Source of the DNA: Oopsacas minuta
Taxonomy: Eukaryota; Animalia; Porifera
Direction: 5' to 3'
NCBI GenBank assembly: GCA_024704765.1
Contig: JAKMXF010000330.1
Location: forward strand, 1-64,000
DNA length: 64,000 bases
Below the pieces are notes generated by a model. It did not search any database. It was given only the letters and a program-made list of their open reading frames with translations, and had not been told where the DNA came from. Position numbers and translations under genes: made by a program. Positions within the stretch are counted from its first letter, which is position 1. Each line of letters starts with the position of its first letter. Shown one piece after another: positions 25,061 through 36,700 of the stretch.

Positions 25061-25444
25061 ATGGCTAAACAAGATCGATGCAACCCACATATAATTGACA
25101 TAAATATAATCTTAGGTATATCCAAAGAAGAATTGATTAGCCATCCGATAGGTTATCTCCGGGCTCTTCTAAGAGAAAGGATTCTAAACGCTAATGATGC
25201 TGACCATTTGGATTACCAAGTTTTAGATAATTTATTATCTAAGACCAGACGTAAAGCTCAGAAGAACAAGTACGCGGATAATCATAAACAGAAGTATGAA
25301 TCTGAAATGAGTTGTTTATCAACCAATATATGGTCTCTTGTTGAGGAGAGAGATATCTTGTTACAAACAAAATTTGAACTGATGTACGAAATTGATAATT
25401 ACCGAACTACAATTGACTTCTTAATGGCCGCCAACCACAATTGA
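25061..25444 (+). CDS. Divergent small Maf-like bZIP protein, 127 aa
   Basis: Extended-homology-like SKEELISHPIGYLRALLR, basic region RRKAQKNKYADNHKQK, heptad zipper MSCLSTNIWSLVEERDILLQTKFELMYEIDNY. Confidence 0.65.
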   Translation: MAKQDRCNPHIIDINIILGISKEELISHPIGYLRALLRERILNANDADHLDYQVLDNLLSKTRRKAQKNKYADNHKQKYESEMSCLSTNIWSLVEERDILLQTKFELMYEIDNYRTTIDFLMAANHN

Positions 25445-26947
25445 ACAACTAATACTTGGAGCTTGCTTACTACTTCTATCCGCTATCCACATTGCGCTAA
25501 CACTCGCTGAACCTAACTTATCTGTTGCATTCTGGGATATATATTATTTTTTATAGTGGAGCTTTGCTAATTGCATCATTTATTAATACACTAATGGCCT
25601 AATGACATTAATAAACATTTTTACTCAGAATATACGTATATCGGGAATAGTTAGCAGAAACATGAATTACAATCATTGGCACTGATTTCAGCAGGGTGGG
25701 GTCGGGTTTGCACATCAGTTAATCTGGAAATGACAGATGTAGCGGATCAATTCACTGACCTTATTTATTTAAATATTGATTTCGCAGGTCTGAAAAGTGT
25801 TGTATGTTTACAAAGTAGGACCGTTTTATCAACTGGGCGGTTTTTGTCGTAAATTCTGTATCCAACTTGTATACCGAGTGTGTGATCTATAATAATCAGA
25901 TGACTTAGATTAATATACAAGATTGTACAATTATATGGATGCTAATTCTATGTTCAAGTATTTTGATCTTAAAACAAATCACTTTCAATGTATATAAAGC
26001 GTATATGAGTGTTTTTATTCCGCTAATTAGTTCTATATTGATATTGATCAATTATAACCACATAATGACTGAGAAATCATAATTATTTGAATCTTAATTC
26101 CGTAATTGTAATAATAAAATCTTTCCAGATATTTTATAAATAGCCGGGTGGGGGTATATATATATCCCCCATCTCTCCTTGGATCTGCCACTCGCAACGC
26201 TAGCGTATACGTGAGTAGAATGTTTTGGGTAATTATAATTAATGAATTGTAATGTCTTGAATAGTATGTATCCCATGTAGGTTATATGTGTAGAACGTAA
26301 ATTATTCAGTAGAAAACAATTTTCCAAAGAGTTAAAATATAATTAGTTAGCCCCTAAAAAAATCCTAAAGCCCATCATACACAATGCAACTTTGTACATG
26401 CAACAAGGTAACATGAAAAAGGTCCAGACGACAGACTGGTAGTGCAGCTCAGGGTTATGTATTTTTGTTCTTTTCAAGGGAGGCACGCCCCCCTGACCCA
26501 CCGTATAGATACCGCAATGCACTGGACCCGACTGATTTTGGGCTCCAGGATCTGATAATTATTTCAGGATATTCAATATTATTCTTCCCCTAATGTACTT
26601 CATATTCTATCCTCAAATCCTATGAATAATATTCGGAATAATTCCTACGGTTACCCCCTGTATAACTTCTGAAACAAAATCTCTAGCATGATTTTGAATA
26701 ATATGCAAAAAGTGTGAAAATATGATTATTCATATCATAAATCTGTGAATTTGTAACTTTCAGACTCTGAAATTCTCAAATCGGACTCTTCGCACCTAAT
26801 TACCCTGACAACATGTTGAAACCTAATCTCTAGCTTACTTTTGTATTTTACATAGAGGTGTGAAAATATGATTAAAATGTGTAAATATTCACTATATTCA
26901 CTAAAAATTCATACTCTAGCAAATCTCGTAAACCAAAATGTATATGT

Positions 26948-27055
26948 ATTTTCATGTTAATCGGACTGCTAGATTTCGCACGGCCGCGCGTACGAACGGA
27001 AGTCGCACATTGTCCATGCCATTAGGACATCTTCCTATAGGAACTGCACTAAAAA
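26948..27055 (-). repeat. Dispersed repeat end, copy 1 (homologous to 39721-39832)
   Basis: Reverse complement tttttagtgcagttcctataggaagatgtcctaatgg...gtgcgaaatctagcagtccgattaacatgaaaa aligns with the copy at 39721. Confidence 0.75.
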
Positions 27056-27778
27056 TATAGGAGTACTTCAAGGTCTGCTCACTATTATGATTTTGCCCAT
27101 TTCCTATTGTCAATATATTACGGTAATCTATCTTTCCAAATACATTTTACTTACTTAACTGGCTGTCTGGGCTACGGTGGGGGTCGCAAGCTAGGCAGCT
27201 GGGGCCGAAAAACACGATTCGTTGCGATATGTTTGACTTTCAGTTTACATTTTGTGAAGTGGGCCGGTGTAAAAATTTCCCCAGGCCAAATTCTTGAGCC
27301 AGTCCGTCCCTTTTTGTGTAATCTATAATATCCATTTCCCCAGCCGATAAGGTATTTTGCTTCCTGCCAGTAAACAGTGAATTCATTAGACATGAAAGTG
27401 AACCCCCAAGGATTATGGTACATATGTTCAAATATTATGTCCATAACAAAATAATTGTATTTTGTAATACGAACGTAAATAATAGAAAAGAGAGAGAGAA
27501 ACGGTGATTCATATCTTAGTACAAAATATTAAAACAAATATACAGCTCATCATATACAAATGTAAATAATTATTAGTTATAGTATGATACTATAATAAAA
27601 TAACAAAATTTAGCAGATTAGTAGCATTCCTGAGGACATTACAGTTGTCATGTTTGAGTGGAGAAGGAAAGGAACTTTAAACCATTAACAAAGCTAGCCG
27701 TATAGACTATTAGAGATCCATTCAAGTGATTAGATTTATCTGTTCCATTGAGCGAAAATATAAATATAGCTGCGTTGG

Positions 27779-30700
27779 TTATAAATTATTTTGTGCAAGC
27801 TTGAGTACAGGTTTGTTCCTAGGAATTGGAGGTTTAGGTCTCATAAGTGGGGGAGGGGGAGGAGGATGTGATAAGTGTTTGGCCGCAAAAGCTGAGGTAG
27901 GCAATAAGTGATGTGAAAGACTCTGCTGGATTGGAATGGAGGGAGGGTAGTCATGTGATCTTCTTTGAGGAATTCGCGGTTTTGGAGTTGGGAAATCTTC
28001 CATAACCTGATTATAAAATAAATTACTTTCTGAACAGTCGTTGATAGAACTGACCCTCCTGACAATAGGAGCGCGGTGTGAGTGCTCAGGGATCTCTCCT
28101 AAGGTATCATCTCCGTTGTACCTGCGGGAGGAAGGAGCAGGAGATATCCTTCTTGTGATTGCTCTATGCTTTGTGTTCAGACTCGTGTCCTCAATAGCAG
28201 CACTCCTGCGAAAATTATTACGGTTAGGGACTTTTGGTATTGAATTCTTGTCCCGCTTGAGGGCTGTATCCAGAGATGCTAATTGGTGATTCATAAGGTG
28301 GATGTCGTTCATTGGGGGTTGTGATAGTCTGTGAGAGTGAGGTAGAGGCTTCTTCGGGGGAGTGGGGATTTTAGGAAGAGGTGTGTGATTCAATAACTTG
28401 GGAGGCGGGATGGGAGGAGGATGTGGGGATGGAGAATGGGCACGTCTAGAAGGTCTGGGATAAGGGGGAGGGTTAGTAGGAGGACTCTTCCGTTGTTGCA
28501 AAGCACGCTTTACCTCTACAAGGAGAGAATCATATATATCAACTTTTTCATTTTGAATAAACTCGGACTGATCAAATACTAGCGGATTATGAACAGGTTT
28601 GATGTCAACATTCCGTATCGGGTTAACAACCATTGAATACGAAGAAGTAGGTGCTGTAGGATATCCGAGACTGTTATTTTGAATTATGGAATCAAACTTT
28701 TCAAATTTTAACATCCTTAAGCAAATGTTCGTGATATATATTGTCATGTATTTATACTATAAATACTGTTACAGGGTTTGGCTTCATTTAGTCGCAAACT
28801 TGTGATACTAGAAATCATGATTATTGGATTATTATTTTAATAAATAACTATATTTTGAAAAAACGACGAGTAATATTCACATTTATAACACGAAGCAATT
28901 AAAGTGAGATATGGCATGGTTGGGATGAAGACTAGCAATTACTAACCATCATCTACACTTGAAGAACTAAACATTGTATTTAGTCGCGTGTGGATGTCCT
29001 TGAACTTAGGGCGATCATCTGGTTTCCATTGCCAACCTAATGAAAGAGACCATTAAATATTGATTGATCACAACAGAATTAGTATACAAGATAACAAAAA
29101 GTGTAATTTTAACATAGTCACTATTCACTGGGTAAGTAGAAATTGACATAAACAGACACAGGAAATGTATTATTGCTTCAATTGTTAGAAATAATCGCGA
29201 AATCTTATATAATTATATTTTGGCGGAACTGAGTGGAATTGTCTGTATGAGGCCTGACTAGCTATAAACGTAGTATAAGGAATACAGATGGAAACTTGTG
29301 TGAATTCAAGTTGCAACCATATGCAGTTTAGACTTAAAGTAATCCAAGAAAGGAAATGACGGTACTAGTAGGTACTAGTAGCTACAGTCAGTTAATGAAT
29401 TCCTGTATAGTTCCAATCATTGTGGATATACAAACACTTATAGTTAGAAATATACATCACAAAGAAATTAAATTATTGTTAGTTTTTGCAATCGTGGCCT
29501 GAATTACGTATAATAAGGTTAGAATACACAAACTTACACTCGTGCATCAATTCATAAATAGGATCCGGACAGCCATCAGGCTGCAGCATCCTCTCTCCCC
29601 GCTCCAGGATTTCAAACACCATGGGGAGATCAATTCCAGGATATGGTGTCATTCCATAGGTAGCTAGTTCCCATAGTAATATGCCGAAAGCTAATAAAGT
29701 AGGAACATTTAAACATAAAGAATGTGTTGGTAAAAGTTCAATCAACTACAGTTATACCGAAGCTGAAGGAATCGCTATAATTACTTGTATATAACCGATG
29801 AAACTTAAGTTACTTTAACTCTTGTGAACTATATTTGTACAATTTGGCAATTTAAGACTTCAATATAAGCGGCAAATTCGATATATCCGTGTTCAATATA
29901 ACAGAAGTCACCGTAGTAAGAAAATAACTGACCCCAAACATCAGATCTAATGGAAAATTGGTTATATGCTAGAGCTTCAGGAGCTGTCCATTTAATAGGA
30001 AACTTTGTCCCTTCTTTCGCCATATAAATTCCTCCATCATCATCCTTTATTAATCTAGATAAGCCAAAGTCAGCAACTTTAACTTTATGATTCTCGCCAA
30101 CTAGACAATTCCTTGCTGCAAGGTCTCTAGATAAAATGTATTAGGTATAAATAGCAATAAAATTCATATATAGAATATTTGTGGTATCCTAAAAGGAATA
30201 TTTTAGAACTTTCGCAACGATGTTAGCGGAAAAGAATCAAATTTAAAAAAGATAAAGTACAAAAGTAGCAATACTTAGTGTTACATATACGACTTAGAAA
30301 GTAAACAAATGTTTACCACAAATATTCGGCTTATTGTTCATATGTTTTGATCAAAATAAAATTGGCAAATAAGGCAAAAACTTGCAGTTTGACCTACCAG
30401 TTTCGATTTGGAATTATTTCAAAGTTTTTGCTCCAGTATACACAAAACAATGTGGTTAGGAACGCTTACTCGTGCTGGTTGTGTACTTTACGCTATTCGA
30501 AAGATGTACTGCCTGGCCAAAAGTATTAGAACACCCTGTCGAACCAAATATCAGTATTCATGAATAGCAACCTAACCAAATACTGATATTATTCGTTAAA
30601 TCAACCGAATACTGCTGATAATTTTCGGTTTGGGCTAACTGAATAACGAATATTGAATTGTTCAGTTATAGCCTTGGCATTAATTTATACAAATAATTTC

Positions 30701-33700
30701 TTTTTATCAGAAATGAGTTGTATAAATTAATGAATTGTTCGAATAATTTGCAATTCATATATTGATTAATATTTATCATTATCCAGAAGTCCAAAAATTA
30801 ACATATGCAATAAAGGACGAGTTTATATTTTGGATTACAGGTCCTTAAATCCACCAATCCAATCCAGATATGAGAAAACCTTCAAGGTATACCATTCAAT
30901 CATTCCTTTCTACAAGAAATGTATAATTCGAATAATTCAAATACTATTTTGAATGTACGTCTTAGCTTTTGTTGAGAGAAAATTCACTCATCTAAATTAT
31001 CCGAGCAAATAGTAAACCTCATAGCTATGTAAACTATATCTAAGACGCTATTTTCCGTGTATATAACCAGAATAATATCAAACAAATACGTATGTATGTG
31101 TACCTGTGAATGAAATTCTTCTCTTCGAGATAAGCCATAGCTGAAGATATTTGAGTAGCCATGTATAGGAGAGTAACAGCGTCCAATCCCTTACCACTAG
31201 TGCTTCTTAGGTAGTCGAGCAGATTGCCTTTAGGCATGTATTCTGTAACGATAAAGAATGGAAGTTCTCTTGTACAAACCCCCAGTAGCTGAACGAGATT
31301 AGGATGACGGACCTTTTTCATTATAGAAGCTTCTTTCAGGAATTCTAGACTATCCATAGTATCTTCCTAAATATGTATGTAATATTAAATATTCATCTGA
31401 GACATATATATTATGACATAACATTTCACAAAAAGGCCATATAATTCGCAAATCACCTATAAAAGTAGTACATTGCGAAATGTTTGGGCATTATACAAAC
31501 TGCCCATTTCCCTATATTACATACACCCCAGAGTTACCAGCATTTGTAGCAATAGCTTGTATTAAGAAATATTAAAATTCGAATTATTCCTGTTAGGGTC
31601 ATATTTTTTATAGAAACTATTATCCTTACTTATCTATCTTTTGCAATAATCCGTAAAAACGGTATGATGACCAGCATATGGAAAGTGATAGGTTGGGGTC
31701 TATCTATTACCCAAACATCTACATGTACCATAATTATTGATTAGATTTGAAACATCATACAATATGAATTTGATAGATAAATAAAGCAAGTATTAGAATG
31801 CCACTAAAACTAATCCCTCGTGTATTGAGTCCTGAACTTATCTACGTACTAGCTAGGATGGGACATGGAGACACTATTGTGTTCGGAGATGCAAACTTCC
31901 CGAGCACGTCTGTCAGCAAGGCAGGACCAGAAATTGTCCGTGCAGACGGAATGGACATCCCAACCCTACTGAAAGCAACACTCAAGTTGTTCCCATTGGA
32001 TACCTACGTCGCTGCTCCAGTCGGACTGATGCAGATAGTTCCAGGTGACATAGAGAAGGGACTGAAAACCCCAGTATGGGATGATTATAGGAAAATCGTA
32101 AAAGAGGCGGAGGGAGTTGAAGTTAACTTTGAAAAGATAGAAAGGTTTGATTTTTATAAACGTGCTAAGAATGCGTTTGCAATAGTTGCGACAGGAGAGC
32201 AGGCCCTGTATGGTAATATTATCCTCACTAAGGGTGCTATTCCTCCGGATGCTTGAAGAATTACGAAGAAGTGTAAAATACAGCAATGACAAATAAACTT
32301 GTACTACTTTTCAATGTCTTAGCTTAGGTTACCTAATTAAATGTTTAGCATTTGTAATAATTATAACTTTACTAACTTCCATAATTTAAAAACATATGCA
32401 GGGCTTAGCCCTCCCCATGGACAGGATGACTCTGGAAACGACGCCTAAAACGATTCTATGCACGTTTTAGGAATACCGAATAGCTTAAATATGTAATCAC
32501 AATTGGGGTTTGGGAGAAAGATATAAGATCTACGAAACAGTATATGGTTGATGAACGTGATTATTAGTTTTGTTTGAGGAATGAAGGAAGTCTATAGCTA
32601 CGAACATTATTAAGCTGACCATCCACGATGTAATTGCAACTTTGTAGCATGCAACATTACATGTGTTATTAGCATGGCCTACTTAATACACGGGCGTCTA
32701 TATCACAGAGTAGAGGCAGATTTAGTGTTTAAAGCATTGAACTTTTTATCTATTTTGATTGAAATATTATAATCAAATTCATGTATTACTACGCCTATGT
32801 TGAATACACGTACAAACAAAAATCATTTATTTATTAGAATTTGTATATGTACCGTACAAATAAACAAATTTTTGATAACGTTACTATTAAAAAGAGCCTA
32901 ACCCATGTGAATATGAAGGATGGCCGTAAGAACGTGCTAAGTAGTCTCAATGAATTCCTCATATACGAAAACCGCTAGAAAGTATAATTGGCAAAGTGTT
33001 AGTTTGTCTGAAATGAAAACTAAATCGACCTTCTATTTTTCAGCCTACGGAAACATACACAACCGTGTATTAAGTAAGCAATGGTGATATTAGATTAATT
33101 TCATTATTGTATTCCCTAACAAGGGATAAGAGCTTGCAATTCTATTGGTAAAAGTGGTGGGAATATGGTTCCTAGATGCATTGTAAAGCAGGACTGGTTT
33201 TAATCGACGGAATCCATGTAAAACAAGTGAAAATGTAACAATACTGGCCTGCAACCATTATACTACAGTCCCACAGTGTATGTATGAAAATAAATTATAT
33301 TACAATTGTATTATGTCGAAAGAGAATCCACAGGAGTGTAGAATGAGGAAAGGGGGTAAGGGGGTAAGGGGGTAAGGGGGTAAGGGGGTAATAGATTGGC
33401 GCTAGAAGTTGTTTTACAAAACCAAAGCAGACTGTTTAGGAAATTTCTAGCATTTTAAGTAAGGCTACATACTAAAACAGCTGTAAATTTACAGTATTGG
33501 TTTATGTGTACCATCGATTATCCTCTTCGTTGTTTCGATATCTCCACAAGTATTTCTTTCTATTTAAAATGATATTACCTGAAATATAAATCAAATGAGT
33601 ATTTTGAGATGCAACTTTTCAGTATCAAATTTTAAAAATAATTATTACAAGATTTACCAAATGTGTTAACATACCTTGAATGTTTTAACTGCAACTGTCC

Positions 33701-36700
33701 TATTGCAATACTTCCAGAAAGCTTGATATACATCTCCATACTGACCCCCTCCCAACCTCTTACCCATCTCTATTTCACTGCGGTTAATCTCCCAGTGATC
33801 CTCGTGAGAGACCCCGAATATCGGAGGTTTGTTAGGGTTGTTAGCTGGGTATGTGAGATTAGTTATAAGTCCATCTGGTCGAATCGAGTGGTGCTTAACA
33901 AGATCAACAAGTGCTTTGAATTTGAACTCTGGAGTTACAAAATAGTGAGATTTTTCTAAGTTGACTCGATAATGATAGACCTTCCCCTCAAACCTGAGAG
34001 ATATCGAGTATTGTCCAGCAATGCTCTCGCTCTCTCGCACGAGGAAACTCCCATTAATCCCAGTACTCAGGAAGTACTCAGCTTCATTACGGGAAATACT
34101 ACCATGATACCATGCGTATTTTTTGAGGGATGTTACTGGCGTGACGTAATTAAACGGAAACCATCCTGAGTTACCATTAGAGTTTGTGCCTTCTGCCCAG
34201 CTATAGTCACTATTGTATTGGTGTATTGTGACTTTTTCATCCTTTTTAATACTCAGCTGTCCTTTCGTGGTTGTCTGTAAATTAATATGTCAAAATAGTT
34301 CAAAAGATAAAATAATAAATCAACAATATATTACAATTTTCATTCATGCATATTTGGCCTTGTCCAAGTGATTATAAGGCTCAGCAATTTCATTTTCTAT
34401 AAGCCATAAATTTAAATTTAAAACCATAGAGACCACGAGGGGCTGAGGACACCTAAAGCAATAAGAATTGAGAAATGTTTGTTATTCAGGTGTTTCAATT
34501 TGTAATGTGACCTAGCACGTGGAGTACCCTAGTTGCCATTATTCAGGTTACTATAGAAGTGATATAAAAAGTAACAAAGTGATCATAAGCTGAATTACTA
34601 TTGCATAAGGAACTCTAAAAGAGAATATTCAGAGAGAAACAGCTTGGGGGTATGGGTTCAGTCTTATGAAACCTAGATTTGTGAAATTCCGAAATCTAAC
34701 TGAAAGGGTTCAGATTTAATTTTGAAACACGAGTAGGATAACTCTGTTCTCCTAATTTTATTTCAATAATCGTAGTGTAATATACAAATAATTGATAAAA
34801 ACAGTTTAAGAAATAATGAAAATATAACTCCAAATCTTGTCATCATTATTGTCACATTTTACAGCAACAATGGGGTCCACTTAAATATAAATGAAATTCT
34901 AGTATTATGGGCAATAGAGTACAATGGATAAGTGCTATACTAAGGTCGTATAATCAGATTAACAGTGTTTCGCAACCTTTTTCGAACTGCGACACAGCTA
35001 CAGATGATTTGAAAGCATGTATTCTATCCCAATGACATTTAGGGGCACACTTAACAACATACTGAGGCACAACGTCTGAGAAACACTGAACTAGATACTT
35101 TTAACGTATTATTGAAATAAATAATACGCATTAATAGTCTAGAAATCCAGACAACAGGAACAGGAGAAGTTCAAGATAACTGAAATAGTAAATTAATCAA
35201 CAAAGTTATTACAACTGGTAACTTATCTTATATAAATCAATAAATAGTAAGCGAATATTATAGATTACTAACTCACATTAAACTCATGTAGAACAAGACA
35301 AATATTTTCATCTTCATTACTACTAGCACTACATGGACTACCAAACATATCAGGGCTGTCAGAGTTACATCTTGGAGCAAAACTCTCTCTTGAAACATCA
35401 GACATAGAGCGACTACTCATACTTCCGATATCTGACAGGCTCTGAAGTTGAGGGTGAGATATTTCAGGCAGGCTGAAACCTGGGGTCAGTTCTACAATTA
35501 TGAAATATATAATTTAACCGAAATTATTAATAGAAATAACACAGAATTGAAATATATGTCAACTAGTCAGAGATGTTTGTATTAGAGTAAGATATAAATA
35601 CTGATATTCCAAACTGAAATATTGAGACAAAGAGAAGAATTCAACTAAGTTAGAATACAAATGAATTATTGAGCATTGCACTGGTTTAGTGTAGAAGAAA
35701 CCTCTGCAGATTCTGCATAATTCTCAATATGTCATAGTCCGAGCCCGTACGACTACTATAGAGCAGTCAGTACAGTATAATTGATTATTTTAGCCAAACA
35801 TTCACCTATTATTATTACCCAATAGTATGCCGATAAATATGTTTGAGAAGTATTTTTACTAAATTGCGTATAAGGATTGTGAACCCTGTCCTGTCTATGC
35901 AACATATTATGTTCCGTATAATGGCTGCTGTTAGATCGTAGAATAATACAATACTGTATACCTGTGGCGACTTTTATCAAATTAGTGCCTGGATGACCGA
36001 CCACTTGACCACTAAAGATAGTTTAATTATTACAACAATTCCAATAATAGACTAGGCAATTGACTATATACGTATAGGCCGGTTATAAGGACACCCTTGG
36101 GTGTTACAAATACGTAATTAAAACTTCTCTCCCGATTCCAATTGGATTATATTGGAACCTCCCGAAACGACTCTGTGAGAATCGGACAACCTACCCATAG
36201 CACAACTGCCGTAAAGTGTCCGTTATTCAGAGGTTCCGCGGTATCGGGATTAAGACGATTGTTCGTATATCGGGTGATGTTATAGTAGGTATATTTGTAT
36301 AGCAATTTATAGATTATAGAGTGTTGAATTTGAAAAATTCGAAAAATTGATTCAAATAATTCATTAAAAATGCATTAAATTAATATTAATAGTACACATT
36401 GTAAGGGTTAACAATGAAAAATAAAATTTAATAATTCAGTCTCTTGATTGTTAACTTCTATCTCCCTGTAGAGATTAATCAAACTTCATATATTATTATT
36501 TACACTACACAACAACTAACAACTTGATGCAATATCAACAATAGCAGAGAACCGTTATAATTCTCTAATTGGACCTGAAACCACATGAATATATGGCGAG
36601 ATGAAAGGAATGAGAATCTTACCATAATTTGTTTATGATATTAAAATGCTAGATATAATAGATATTTAATAATAGCATTTTAGAATTGTCAAGTTAGTTG

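Noticed and set aside
27172-27444. Trp/Tyr-rich 90-aa ORF downstream of ABL
   Set aside because: Its second half is a GC-rich MITE fragment; the first 42 aa match nothing I recognise.
31798-32256. Bacterial horizontal transfer of FucU
   Set aside because: The N-terminus closely matches animal FUOM ([16 protein letters not shown]); intronlessness is general in this window.
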